DNA of 64,000 bases. Source: Callorhinchus milii. Taxonomy: Eukaryota. Both the position numbers and the translations under genes were made by a program. A model generated the notes under the pieces. The model was not told where the DNA came from. It worked only from the letters and a program-made list of their open reading frames with translations, and searched no databases. Location of the stretch: positions 91,576,001-91,640,000 of the forward strand of contig NW_024704742.1 of assembly GCF_018977255.1 (NCBI RefSeq). Reading direction: 5' to 3'. Within the stretch, counting starts at the first letter, position 1. The number at the start of each line of letters is the position of its first letter. Below are positions 34,557 through 48,749 of this stretch, piece by piece.

Positions 34557-36016
34557 AAAAAGCTTAGTCAAAGCTTTCAGTACAATAGTGTTGGAACTTC
34601 CAGTTTTTAAATGATGTTGAGCTTGTTGTTTTAAACAGACTCAATTTGGTCCAAACCAATACTTTTTTTCCATTTTTCTGCAAAATGTTTTTTGAAGGGA
34701 ACTTCTTCCTCTTGCTTCTGCAATTTCTCACCTGCAATTTCTCTTTTCTTAGCCAGGCACTATGTATCTAACTAGAAATAAGTGGCTGCAGGTGGCGAGC
34801 TAGGTGTCTAACATGTGGAAACCAATCACTATTCTTAAGAGAATATCCCCAATATTCTAGGTGCGGTCTCACCAAGGCCTTATACAACTGCAGCAAGACT
34901 TCCCTACTCTTGTACTCTAACCCTTTTGCAACGAACAGCAACATGATATTAGCCTTCCTGCATTCACTGCACTTTACAGTGAATCATCTAAAGTACATTG
35001 ATCCATTTTCCTGTTGTGAAGGTGTTACATGAAATAAAAGGATTATCATTATCTATCCTCATCATAGTGAGCGTCAACATTCACTTGTCTTCAGCTGGTT
35101 TTAGCTGGCATACTGCAGACTATTTGCTGAGCCTTAAATTTACTCAAGAATAGTTTTAAAAGAACCCTGTTACCTTTTTAAGACTGTGGGTGTCGCTGTT
35201 GCACAATGAAGCAGCACTACCAAGATACATGTGTACTGTGTCGAGAGGTGCTGTTCGTCAATGGCCCAGTAATTTATTTGCAGTATTTTACAGTGAAACT
35301 ATTTCAATGATTAATCTTTCCCCAACTCACCTCACTCAGCTCCCACCCATAGCTCCGGTGCTCAGCCAGAATTGTCAAGCATTCTGGACGTCCTCCCAAC
35401 ATGAAAGGCCCTAAATAATTGTAAATCATATAGTATTATTGTTGTATTTTCATTTAGCTTGGATTATGTTAGTGCCACAGATGTCTTATTTGACTACAGA
35501 TCTGAAATTCTGTGTCATGTTGTATTAAGGAAATATTTTGAAAGTAACATTAGATGAAACGTGTGGGGTGTTGAATGCTATGGGTTTGCTTTCTCACATC
35601 CTCCCTCAATTCCTGAATGAAACCCAATTAACCGCATATCGAATGTGTCAAAGTCTTCAGTAGATCTTAACTCCTCACCCATGTCAACCCTTTCACGTGC
35701 CTGGGGCATTACCAGGCTGTGGTCTAAGTGATTTTTCTTTGACTTTGATTCCTCACCTCTGCAATGCCCCTTGTACCATCAGCGGCCTCCCCCCGCTTTC
35801 CTTGCAAGACCCCTTTTCTGGGTGAGTGCTTTGTTGTGTGCCACCCTGCAGGACTCAGTGGTCATGTGTTCCACAACAATAATAATCTTTACATTTAGAA
35901 AAATGCCTTTCACTTCGAGAGGACATCTCAAATGGCTTCACAATATACTGTACCGCAAAGTGGAGCACCTGTATCTGAGGGTAATCTGGGTCTGTAGTGC
36001 TGGGGGAGGAAGGAGT

Positions 36017-36372
36017 GTGTGGAGTCCTGTAGCTTAGTGGTTAGACCACTCGCCTCACAAGCAAGAGGATCTGAGTTCAATTCCCGAGCAGGGCAAAACG
36101 TTGGGCACATTTTCTTACTCCACACACTTCTGTTTACCTAGCAGTAAGTAGGAACCTGATTTATAGTTGATTGGTGGATTGCTTTTCCGCGGATAATAAT
36201 CCCTTAAAAAAATAATTGGTCACTGTCGTGCGCAATTGGCTACCAGGTGTTGCCCACAAAATATAGGGTCAATTAATTTTACAATATATTCTATGAAGCA
36301 CTTTGTGATGTCTCGAAGTTGTGATAAGGCACTACAGCAAATGCAAGGATTATTATTATTATTATTATATTA
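36017..36372 (+). mobile_element. tRNA-SINE, long subfamily
   Basis: Head, ACCTAGCAGTAAGTAGGAACC insert, (TTA)n tail. Confidence 0.87.
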
Positions 36373-38807
36373 TAGAAGGTGGTCCAAGGAGGGCACAATA
36401 ACGATCATCATCCTTGAGGTGGGATTCAGTAAGGTGGTGGATGGGTTGGGGAAGAACCCTACTCTCTACTGGTGTGTCCCCAGGGGAGTCCAATAGTGCC
36501 TGTGAAGAGGTTGCTCTTGAAGCAGATACCATTAGTATTTCATTACTTAATTGGAGCTAAATGTGCAGTAACCTTAATCTTGCACACTTTTGTCTCAATG
36601 CGTCTTTTCTGCCTCCTCCCAATCTCCTCCCAGCCTCCTTGGCCTCTGCTCCAAAGATGAGCTTCTCATTTACAATAAAGATAAGTATTGCATTTGCCTA
36701 AAATACACAATCACTATAATTTACAGTATGTCCTGTGAAGCTCAATCATGGCTTTGTCATATCCTGCTTAGATTTTTTGCCGGTCTCCCTAGCTCCACCA
36801 TTCACAAGCTGCAACTCATCCAAAACTTCGTCCCTGCATCCTCACCCATGCTAAACTCTGCATAGCCATTATCCAATCCTCACACGTCTCCACTGGTTAC
36901 TTGCTTAATTTCAATGTCCTCATCCACCCATACCCAGGACCTTCTTATCTCTCTGATCTTCTCCTGTCCCACTCCTCTCCGCTCAGTTAACACAAGCTGG
37001 ACGTGTGCGCCCTACACTAAACATGGACAGGAGCGATAAGTACAAAGAACTATTAAATTTAGCTCAACAATGTTTCAGATTGTGACAGTTAAAGAATTCT
37101 GTAATTATACAGCCACTGGTGAAATCCATGAAGAACAAATCAATTCAGTTAAGCAATTGAGTTTCATTTCTAAGCTAGTCGCAGGGCTGTCTGTCAACAT
37201 CTTACTTTATTGAATTTTAGCAGTTTTCAACCTGCTGCCTGAATGGAACATGTTGTTAGTGGAGCAGGGAGGACGGGCCGGGTGGGGCAGGGGGGATAGG
37301 GAGCAGAAAGAAAGAGATAGAAAGCTGACATCAACTTATTGGTTTTAATTAGATCATGGCCGCCCATCGGGAAAATTCAGTGACACGTTAATAGCAAACC
37401 AACACAGCCTTTGGGCAGCTAAGGGATGCACATTGACTCAATGTCCTAAGTCGCTCAGTTTTAATAGTTGACATTCGCGTGGCTCTGATTCAAATTGTTT
37501 ACTGTGCTGCAGAGTTGAACTGTGACTTGGAATCACATTCATTGAATAAAGACCTACTGTCTTGTTCCAAAACATAGACAAACGGAGGCGGATAGATAGA
37601 CAGACTGAACATGTCATTTTTCTAATTTGTCTGGATCTGAATAATAAATCACTGATTTCGAACCAGTCTCATTCTCTTATTCAATTGAAATGAGAGGAAA
37701 GCAATATTACCACCAATGCTTTCATTGGTTTTTATACTGTAATGATTCTTGTCTGGTTTTTCTGTCAAGCAGTTATGAATGTCGTTTAGGAAATGTTGAT
37801 GGCAATGTTTTAAAAAAAAGCAGTTTATTCATTTTTTCCAAGCCTTCAGCCCATGCTGTACATACCATTCTCCCAGCAAGAGTGCTGGCATCCTTCATGT
37901 CAGAAGTCTATCTTCCAACATCTCTGAATGAAATAGCCTGTGGTACATGTGTAATACTGCTGCTAGCTGGCTCTCTCTTTGCTGCTGCAGAGAAAGCTGG
38001 TAGTGTCAGACCTGGGCACCTTCCCAGCAGAGATGAGAGGTGAGTGTGCGAATATTCATTGTTGAGTACCTGGATATGAGGAAAGCATTGATTGGCACAT
38101 TAGAGAAGCTTATTCTTAGAACAAACATTAGTGTTTTCCTTTACATTCATACCAGCACAAGAAAATATATATTATCGGCCCATCACACCTGTTCCTTTTC
38201 CAGGCCATGCAAAGCCCCTATTTATTCTGTCTCTGGAGAAAATGCTGCAAAGATGTTCTGTGTTTCTCAAAGATATTCGATTAGCCCTCCCTCCCCAATC
38301 CTGAATATTTACTTGAAAGCAATTAGTCAGTTTTGTTGAACAGATAATGTCATTTGTACCTGAAAGCACATGGTTAAGTTAGTTTGGAAGCAGCTTCCAA
38401 TGTTGATGACAGCTTGGCTTTTATCATCTTTCTGGCTTCTGTAACCGCTGTTTCACAGTATGAGCTCTGTTCCAGAAATCCCCTATCATTTATGATCAGG
38501 AAAGACTTCCACAGGGGATGTTTGTGGCTTTATTTTGTGCAGATGCTTCCCAGGGACTGCACAAGATGCTCATAGTTTAAGATCCCCTGAAATACCAAGG
38601 ATAATCTAAGGGCTCAATATATTTCATAGGTGATTCTATGGGAAAATGGCTATAAACTTAATGGCTCTTTTCAACCCTGTGCTAAACCTATGGACTCTGA
38701 CTGAGGAATGGTACAATGCTTCACGTTTCTGTACATGATTGTCCGTTAGGAACATTTTCAGTGGGACAAAACAGTGCTATCGGCTTTTTGAACCACAGGT
38801 GATGCTT

Positions 38808-39755
38808 TACAACAACAACAAAATTACATTTGTAAAGCACCTTTCACGGCGGGAGGATGTCCCAAGGCGCTGAACAGTCGGGGAACAGGACCCGAGCGTG
38901 GAGGGCCATGGTTGGGATGAGGAAGGGCAGAGAGGTAGGAGGGCGGCTGAAAGCACGGTCGAAAAGGAGGGTCTTGAGTCATGCTTTGGAAGGAGGAAAA
39001 AGAGGGAGCAAAGCGAAGGGAATGGGGGATGGAGTTCCAAAGGGTGGGGCAGAGAGGCTGAAAGCTCGGCCGCCGATGGTAGGGGAGGTCGGGCGGGAGA
39101 CATGGGGCAGGACGGAGCCGGCTGAATGGAGGGGGCGGACAGGTTGATAAGATGTTAGCAGGTCAGAGAGGTAGGAGAAGCAAGGCCATGGAGGGCCTTG
39201 AAAGTGAGGATGAGGATTTTGAATTCTATCCTCTGAGGGATGGGGAGCCAGTGGAGCCGGGCGAGGGTGGGGGTGATGGTGTCACGGAGCCTGATGTGGG
39301 AGAGGACATGAGCTGCAGAGTTCTGGATGAGCTGCAGCTTGTGGAGGGAAGATTTGGGGAGCCGACAAGGAGGGAGTTTTCTTAGTTGAGTTTTGAGGTA
39401 ACGAATGCATGTATGAGGTTTTCAACGGCCTGGCGGTTGAGGCAATGTTGTAGATATGGGGAAGAAAGGACAGTTGAGGGTCGGACAACATGCCAGGTTT
39501 CTGACTAGTTGGGTGGGGTGGAGTGTACATCCGTGTATGCTGATGCTGCCTGAGGTGCGGAGGTGCTGGAGTGAGCCAATCAGCAGGGCCTCGGTCTTGC
39601 TGACATTCAGCTGTAGAAAGTTGGCTCTCAACCAGGACTTGATGGCTTGACAGGCAGTCTGTCAGTTGTCCTGGAATCGAGAGTGGAGGCAGAGAGATAG
39701 AGTTGGTGTCATCTGCGCACATGTGGAACTTGACCCCATGCATACAGTATCACCC
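38808..39755 (-). mobile_element. L2 RT/3' fragment
   Basis: HGVKFHMCADDT and [18 protein letters not shown]2 tail. Confidence 0.9.
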
Positions 39756-39999
39756 GAGGAAAATTATAAAGGTCTTGCTGGATTGCTGTATGTTGTTCAG
39801 TGCAACAAAGGGGAGGAAGCCTATTCTGTTGAATGTGAATGAATGCTGAGAGCTAGTGACTTGAAATAAGTTGGAGTTGTGAAGTTGGGCTGGTTCCTGG
39901 AGAACTTTGAAAAGTCAGGGGGTTGTAGGGGCCAGGGGGTGAGGTAATGATGGTTGTTTTGAAAGGGAAGAATAGAAGGCACTGGTGGAAGATAATAAC

Positions 40000-40282
40000 A
40001 ATAATAATAATAATTCTTACATTTGGTAGAGCACCTTTGCCCATCTGAAGGACTTCTTAAAGCGTTTCACAGGAATTATTGTGCAGGGGAGGAACTGTGT
40101 ATTTGTTAGCAAATGCAGCAGTACAATTACACACAAAATGTCCCACAAACAGCCATGAAATGAAAAAACACTCTTATTTGGGGGATTGTTGACCAGGACA
40201 CCGGGAGAAACTCCCTTCTCTATTCAAATAGTGCAGTTGGATGTTTAATTTCCACCTGACAGTCAGATGGGACCTCGGTTTC
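40000..40282 (-). mobile_element. Older Deu-domain-type SINE
   Basis: rc AAACCGAGGTCCCATCTG...CACTATTTGAA...CCCGGTGTCCTGG, followed by the 3' body shared with the young SINE. Confidence 0.65.
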
Positions 40283-40554
40283 ATAGAAATTTGGGAAGGA
40301 CTGACTATATCACATAAAGAAATTTTGATCCACAACATTCCAATAGTGGCCTCATCATTTATTATGTAAGGTTAGAATATCTTGACTTGGCTTGTAAACA
40401 AATGATCTTGACCAAGTATCCTGATACAATAAGCCTTATTTATGATGACAACAGCGACTAATCTTATTCACAAATGCTAAGCGCGAGAAATTCATGTATT
40501 AGAAAAGAAACAGGAATTTAGATTGGTCATGTTATTTGGGGAATGAATTAAGAT

Positions 40555-40776
40555 AACGTATGGAACTCGTTACCCCAAAGGGCTGTTGACGCTCAGTCCT
40601 TGAACATATTCAAGACTGAGATAGATAGATTTCTTATTGCAAAAGGGTTTAAGGGATATGGGGATAAGGCAAGGTTAGGTTATTAGCTGGAGTTAGATTA
40701 GAGGATCAGCCATGATTGAATGGCGAGGCAGGCTCGAAGGGCCGAATGGCCTACTCCTGCTCCTACATGTTATGTA
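40555..40776 (+). mobile_element. CR1 3' end (~220 bp)
   Basis: Matches the 3' end of the 24.7-kb CR1. Confidence 0.88.
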
Positions 40777-41727
40777 AGACGAATATATGTAAATTCACGT
40801 GCAAAATTCCTGTGAGCCTGGCTTTGCTATGTTTTGTGGGAGGAGTTGTTTAACATAGAAAATTGCAATAAGGTTCATTGTTATTATTATTATTGTATTT
40901 TAGAGGAACATCAGCACTGTATATATAAATTCTTTGGAATATGTATGTGTACTGGAATAAGACACCCAACTCTCTCTCTGCCTCAACCTTCAATTCCAGG
41001 ACAGTGCTGTTCTGACCGATTGTCTGTAGGACATCAAGTCCTGGATGAGAGCTAACTTTCTCCAGTTGAATGTCGATAAGAGCTCTCCAGCTTGGCTCCC
41101 GTTAGTGCCTTCTCACCTTAGTATCAATTTACATATATGCACTCACCACATCATGGAGCCAGTGCGTAAGTTTGGTGTCTTGTTTAACTCTCAACTGTCC
41201 TCCATTCATCCTTTGACCCATTCTTCTTTCTCCCACACAATGATTAACTGCACATCTCTCCTCATGCTGGTCTTAACATTTAATTTTATACAGAATTGTA
41301 AAAAAAATCTTCAATTTAGTCTTCAATTGGAAGCTGTTTCTGGCAGCTGTTTACTTCTTTAAAAGAACTAGCTTCCAAATTAAGACTCATTCTGCATAAT
41401 CCTAAATTTTAAGAGAAAATTTTAACAAGCATTTTGGTCTTTTGAACCTCAAACCTATACTGCTCAACCTGTTATTCTGAGTGATTTAATTGGTGATTGT
41501 GGAAATGGGATTTTTATTTCTGCCACTGTCAGACCACAGGAAACGTTCTCAAATCTGATAATATGATGGTATTGGCAGTGGCTTTATTTTTAAACAAAAT
41601 AAAGATTATCAAGTTCTTGTTTATACAGCCGGTTCTCACACACAATCCTTGTGCACGTTCAAAAATGTGGCCTTTACAGGCCATTTTTGGAGTTTGAAGC
41701 AATGCTTTCATTGTTTATGGCCTGTAT

Positions 41728-42270
41728 TACAACAACAACTTGCATTTATACAGCGTGCTTCACATAGGATAGCATCTTGGAGCCCCGTACAGTGATGCGG
41801 TTGGATGGTGAGCAAGGGAAAATGGGGAGGTGACCATATTCGTGTTCGAAGAGGTGGGTTTTAAGGTAGCAAAGGTAGATAAAAATGGGCGAGGCGGAAT
41901 GATTGAGGCAGGGTGTTCCAGAGATAAGCGTGTAGTGACTGAAGGTTCAGCCACTGATGGTGTCGCACAGGGGAATAGGGGTGTGCAGCAGATCTGTGTT
42001 AGCTGAGTGGAAGGGCCAGGCAGAGGAGTATTATACCAGCAGGTCAGAGTGGAAGGGAGGTACTAGATATGAAGGGACTTGTATGTCTTGATAAGGATAT
42101 TCAAATTGATTCTTTCAGACATGGGGAATCAGTGGAGCCTGGCAAGGATTGGGGTGATGGTGGTGTGGAGTTTGGTATGGGTGAGCATGTGGGTGGCAGA
42201 GTTTTGTATTAGCTAGACCTTGTGAATGCTGGAAATGGGGAGATCAGCAACTGATGCATTAGAGAGTGAG
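41728..42270 (-). mobile_element. Old L2 3' fragment
   Basis: (CAA)n tail and decayed ORF2 C-terminus. Confidence 0.75.
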
Positions 42271-43699
42271 TTTATGACAATCCTAGTTTGCATACAAATT
42301 GAGTTACAATTGATACATGTATTATGTATGTTGAATCTTGTTACACAAGTTGCCCTGTCCTGAGCTATTGGACACAGGATTTACTGATTGAGTAGCTGCC
42401 ACCAACTGCAATTTTGACCTTCGCTGTGAATTTAGTAACTTGGCCTTTGGATAGAGTGTTATCGCAAACCCCCTTTATGATAGGAACACTCCAAGACGTT
42501 CTCCTAAAATCAACAATATAAGTGCAAATTACTGTTATAGTCTGAATATCTACAAAATGTCAGTCTTAAAGCAAAGACTTTGCTCATAACAAACAAGGGA
42601 TAACATCTGTGTGTTTCGTAAAGACTGGGACACACGTTGACAAAGGTAAGGGTAGGGAAGGGCGCAGTGAATGTTAGTGTCAAAATCTTAATACGGAATA
42701 CTTTAGATGATGGATAGGAACTTTAGATGATCGATACCATGAGCTGTATATTGCCTTGCACCTGGTTCCACTTGATCTATGCAGATATTTCATTTTGGCT
42801 GCAAGGGCTGCAAAAGGTTGGGCTGTAAGCGCAAAAGATTGTTTGGCAAGGACAAGGCTGTGTAATGTGAGTTGGGCTGCAAAGTTTATTGCTAAAAGCT
42901 CTGATGGCAAAATAGCTATAAAATGTACTGAGCTGTTAATTAACCATGCACTCCCCATGTGCACAGTGGGAGTTACAGTATTTACTTACATGTTAGTTTA
43001 ACATCTAAGAGTCCCGGAGCTGCCAAGCAGGACTTTCCTATTAGACTGGTACAATGCCCAGTTTCTTCTTGTGGTTCTTCAGGGATCATTTAACGCTCAA
43101 TATGCCTATTGGGCTGACAGTTTAATTCTTACTGAATCAGTGCAGAAAATATATTCTCTTAGGATTATCCCTATCCAGAATGAATTCCAATTTGTGTTAA
43201 TTTCCTTCTGGAGGGTGTTGCTGTTTGTTGAGCACTTAGAAAACGCTGAACCGTATGTAGAATGGGATTTTCTATTATAAGCATATATCGTCATTGTCGG
43301 AGGAGCACCCTTGCTGGATGCACAAGGAGGTACAGAGCAAAACCCAAATCATTCAGCGAGTGAGGAAGACCAGTTAAATCAATGTTCAGAAGTTCCCAAT
43401 TGCATATTCATATTCAATTTGTTCTTCACATAGTATGTTTAAGATTATTATTATGTTTCAGTGCTCTGAGACGCAATCCTGCATGAAGGGTGCTATATAA
43501 AGGCAAATTATTGTATGTGGAGATGAATCTTTTGCTTATGTCACATATACAATGATATTTCTGCAAATAGCCACAGTGTTCAGACTAAAGTTTCTTCCTA
43601 CTTCTGGAAGTTGCACTTAAAGGGAACGTCTGCTATGGTTTCTTATGGCAGTGACTGCTGTTTCTGACCATGACTCCTCAACACCGGCTGTCTCCTGCA

Positions 43700-44586
43700 T
43701 GTACTGCCTCTCTCTCCAGGTTGTCGACACCTTAATCACATCTTAACTACTTGAACACCCTGCTCGACAGACTCCTCAACTCCTCTCTACACATGCTGCT
43801 TACGAACTCTGCAGCCAATGCCCTCTCTCACACCAGGCTCCATGAGCTCACTTGGCTGCACTAGCTCTTCATTCACAGTGGATTGAATTCAAGATCCTTG
43901 TCCTTGCAATTAAATCTGGCTATGTTCTAGCCCCATCCTACTTCTGCAACTACCTGAAAGCCTAACGCTCAGACCGCTCCCTCCACTTAGCGAAGCCCAT
44001 CCTGCTTCATGTTCCCTGCCGGACCTGCCCCACCATCGGCGGTTGGTCTTTCAGCCGTTCTGCCCCACTCTATGGAACTGAATTCCAGAGACCCTTCACC
44101 TCACACCCTCCCTCCCCACCTTTAGAGTCCACCTTTCTTTCTGACCTCAATTTTAATCATCTTTCCCGTGAAGCACTTTGAGGCCTACTCCCAACGTGAA
44201 AGTCTCTATACACTTTATACACTAAGGCTCTTTACTTACCTGCCCGTACCCTCCATTCCTCTGGTCTGCTCCACAGCCCCGCCCCAACCGCCCTACCATC
44301 GGTGGCCGGGCCTTCAGCCTCTCAGCCCCGAGGCTCTGGAACTCTATCCCCCAGTGCCTTCGCCTTACCTCCTCCCTTTCCTCCTTCAAGGCCGGTCTCA
44401 AGACCTTTCTCTTTGACCGTGTCTTCAGCTCCCCTCTCGACTCTCTACCCCCTCTTCGCTCCCTCCCTCCCTTCCCTCCCCTCACCCTGACCATTTCCCC
44501 CCTGCTCGAGTCCTGACCCAACTGTACAGCGCCTTGGGACGTTCTCCCGACGTGAAAGGCGCTCTATAAATGAAATCTTGTTGTTG
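43700..44586 (+). mobile_element. Two tandem L2 3' fragments
   Basis: Decayed copy to ~44210, younger copy ~44235-44586. Confidence 0.8.
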
Positions 44587-45707
44587 TATATAAATATAAA
44601 ATTGTTTTTGTCGTTCTCCCGATGTCCTAGCCAACAATCCATCAGATAAAATTAATCATTCACCTCATGGCTGTTTGTGGGACATTGCATTGTGCAGATT
44701 AGTTTCCACAATCACCTTAAAATACACAATCACTAAATTTTACAGTGAATCCTGTGAAACCTTTGAGGTGTCCTGCTAGCATGAAAGGGGCTATATGAAA
44801 TGCAAGATTATTATTATAATTGCATTATAGCTTGTTCCTTTTTCCACTAGCTTCGCACCTTTGAGCTGCTCAAGGACAAAGGGTGGTGTTCAGTGCCTCT
44901 GCCAGAAGAGATTGAAAAGTTAATTGTTTTAAAAAAATGTTGTTGACTATAAAATAAGTACCTGGACTCAGTGCAGGTCCACCTAGTTAAGGGCAATCCT
45001 GAAAGACAAGGTGCTGTGTCTTGGGTTAACCAATTCTGGTAGTAAAAATCATTTCACTGGGTTGATATTTGTCAGATGAAAGTTCACCAACCATAACTTC
45101 TGGGTCACAACCCCGCATTCTGAAAGATTAAAGATTATTACCAAATGCACAAATGATTATCGTAAGTTATCCAGAAGGAATAACCTGTCATAAACAAAGT
45201 CAAAGCAGACCCTTTTAATGGTAAACTGCATCAGAGCGACTTTATGAACATCACAATGGCTAGTGAATCTTTGATAACTTTTTAAAAATATATTCAAACA
45301 GGAATCTGTATTAATCTGGTTAAAACTGCCCTACCACTTTGGGGCAGGCAGAAGAGGTGGAAATTGAGTGAGGGAGTGCTTAAAATTAGTAAGGGAAATA
45401 CAAAATTGAAAGCTTGTGGTTTCACTGTGCCAGAAACTGCTGTGAATACGATTTGCCTTCTGGTACTATTGATTTGTTGATGATGACCAGATATTCCAAT
45501 GTTTTCCAAAAAAGACACTAGAGTTTAATTTGTTAACAATCAAGAAAACAAAGTGTATTACCTGATGGGAAGCTGCTACGTGATCAATGGTTTATAGACT
45601 TGACTCATGAGGGAAAAGTATGTGTCTGACTCATGGGTTAGGTTTGTGAACACTGTTAACCTGCAGCATTATCTGTTTTACAGTAATTAAGTTTGAACAC
45701 CTGCTAA

Positions 45708-48597
45708 TAATGGGTGATTTCAACCTGCGCCTAAACTCCTCTTGCTCCCACCTTCTCGGATTTCACTGCCCTCCTCTCCTCCCTAAACCTCACCCTCCAC
45801 ATAAACTCGCTGACCCACAGCCGTAGCCACTCCCTCGACCTCGCCATCGCACATAGCCTTGACATTTCCGACCTGTCAATCACGGACAAGGCCATCTCGG
45901 ACCATTTCCTCATCTCCTTCTCCTCCCACATCCCCTTCCCCTCTTCCAAGCCCTCCACCATTTTTTTACACCCCTGGAAAAAGCTCCTCACTAAGTCCCT
46001 CACAAATGCCCTCTCTTCCTCGGACCCCCTCTCCCTCTGGCCCTCCACCCACAGCGATCCTGATGCAGCTGTCAAGCTGCTCAATGACCATCTCTCCACA
46101 ACCTTCAATTCCCTGACTCCCTTAAAATACAGGGTCATTTCCAAACCCACCCGCCCACCCCCCCCCCCCCCCCCCCACCCCCCAGTACAATAGGCATCTC
46201 CGCTCACTTAAAACACAAACCCGGACATTCGAGCGCAGATGGCATAAATCCAGCCTCATGATTCACTGTGGCTGGAGCACTTCCACACCGACCACCACGC
46301 CCTTTCACAGGCCAAAACTGACTTTTACTCCAAAGTCATCCTGGAGTCAAACAACAATCCAAAGACGCTGTTTTCCACCATCCTCACCTCCTTCGTGCAC
46401 CCCTCAAGCCCCCTCTATCCTCACATCAAACGCCAAGTGTGAAGAGGTCCTAGATTTCTTCGCCTCAAAGATTGAAAACATCTGCTTGGCTGCATCATCC
46501 TCCCCACTACCCCATTGTGCCCTTCCACCCCCCCCCCGCCAGACCATCCACACCGCCTTATCTCTCCACTACAGCTACTGCCACTCCCCACTCCTTACAT
46601 TCCTTTGGCCCCTTTCTCCTTCATCCCTTTCCACACAATCACCCAGATGAAGTTCACCACCTGCTGGCTCAACCCTCTCCCCACCCAGCTGCTGGTCACT
46701 CAACCCCCCCATTCTCTCCCCTCTGCTGCCCGACAATGTTAACCAGTCTCTCTCCGCAGGCACTGTTCCACTCCCCCTGAAAACCGCTGTCATTATAGCC
46801 CCCTCCTCAAAAAACACACCCTCGATCCCTCTAATCTTTCACACTACCATCCCATCTCGTGGAGTCCTGTAGCTCAGTGGTTAGAGCACTCGCTTTGCAA
46901 GTGAGAGACCTGAGTTCAATTCCAGGCAGGTCAGGGCGAAACCTTGGGCAAGTTTCCTTACTCCACACGCCTAATAATAATCCCTCCAAAAAAACAAAAC
47001 AATAATAAATTGGTCATTTTCAATCTACGACTGTTTGTGGGACATTGCTGTGCGCAATTGGCTGCCGCGTTCGCCCACAAATATACAGTCAATTCACTTT
47101 ACAGTGTGTTCTGTGAAGCGCTTTGGGACGTCCTCCTGACGTGAAAAGCGCTATATCAAATGCAAGGATTATTATTAAGGATTATTATTATTATTATCTC
47201 CAACCTACCCTTCCTTGCCAAAGTCCTGGAACACATTGTTGCAGGTCAACTTCCGTCACACCTCTCCCTCCACTCTCTCCTTGAGCCACTGCAGTCTGGT
47301 TTCCGCCCTGTCCACAGCACAGAGACAGCGCTTGACAAAGTCACAAACAACATTCTCTCTATCTGTGACCAGGGCTCCCTCTGCCTCCTCATCCTCCTGG
47401 ATCTCTCTGCCATGTTCAACACAGTCAACCACGCCATCCTCCTCCATTGCCTCGTTTCCCTCATCTACCTTAGTGGACCCGCACTCGCATAGATCGAGTC
47501 CTACTTAACCACTACCTCCATTTTATCTTGGCAAATGGTTTCTCCTCCCGCCCCTGCCCGGTCACCTGTGGGGTACCCAGGGCTCCATCCTTGACCCTCT
47601 TCTTTTCCTTATCTATATGCTCCCTCTAGGCGATGTCATCCGCAGACATGGGGTAAACTTCCACATGTATGCGGGTGACACACAAATCTACTTTGCTTCC
47701 TCCAGTACCAACTCCTGGTCTGCCAATGATTTAGCAGCTTCTCTGGCAGACATCAGGGCCTGGATGAGTGGAAACTTCCTGCAGCTGAATGTGGACAAGA
47801 CGGAAGCCATACTCCTTGGCTCCCATCAACGTCTTCACCTTGTGGATCTGAACTCCTCAACCTCCCTGGGCTCTCCCTTACACTCACCGAGCCAATACAC
47901 AATCTAGGCATCCAGTTCGATCCCCAGCTGACCTTCCTGGCTCAGTCCCTGATGAGGAACGCCTTCCTCCACCTCCCCCACATTGCCCGCCTTTGACTGT
48001 ACCTTATTCCAAATGCAGGCAAAACCTTGTGCATACGTTTGTCACCTCCCGCCTGGATTACTCAAACGCACTCCTCGCCGGTCTTCCCAGCTTCACTATT
48101 CACAAGATCCAGCTCATTCAGAACTCTGCTGCCCACACACTGACCTGGACCAAGCTCCGTACCCACATCTCACCAGTTCTGGCCAGGCTCCACTGGCTCC
48201 CCATCACCGGATCGACTTCAAGATCCTCACACTCGTGTTCAAATCTCTTCACTCTCTGGCACCTTCCTACCTCTCCTCATTCCCCAATCCACCACTCGGC
48301 ACCTCTGCTCGACTGGCACCAGCCTCCTGCTTGTCCCTCGTGCCTCTGCTACACCATCGTAGGTCACGCTTTCAGCTTTCAGCCATTACATCCCCAAACT
48401 CTGGAACACTCTCCTTCAATTCCTCCGCCTTGTCGCCTCTCTCCCCTTTTTCAAGTCCCACCTAAAAACCTTCCTTTTTGACCGTGCTTACAGTCATCCC
48501 TCCCACCTCTGGCTCTGAGTAAGGCTCCGCCATTGTTAAGTGCTCTGAGACCCTATTTGGTGAGCGCTATATAAGTGCAAGCTGTTGTCGTTGTTGT
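45708..48597 (+). mobile_element. Longest L2 in window (endonuclease C-terminus, RT, tail), frameshifted and interrupted by a SINE
   Basis: [58 protein letters not shown]. Confidence 0.93.
46859..47195 (+). mobile_element. Young tRNA-SINE inserted in the L2 PISNL motif
   Basis: ATCTC TSD at 46854-46858 and 47196-47200. Confidence 0.93.
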
Positions 48598-48749
48598 TGA
48601 ACTAGCCTCATTCTGAACTAATGATTTATTTTCTCTTACTGATAAAAAATAATACTTTACAGATAAACATTACAGAGCGAGTTTCACATTCCAAACACTT
48701 ATTTCTCTCTCTTGTGAATCTGTTAAAGGTCTTTCCAACGTTCAGAATA

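Noticed and set aside
42680..43001. Antiparallel 94/81-aa ORFs, and similar ones at 53688-53970 and 49147-49335
   Set aside because: No recognisable domain or convincing splice framework; lengths are within chance
33803..44586. Similar inverted segments at 33.8 and 44.3 kb as TIRs of a 10-kb element
   Set aside because: Both are ordinary L2 3' ends of one subfamily, each with its own tail
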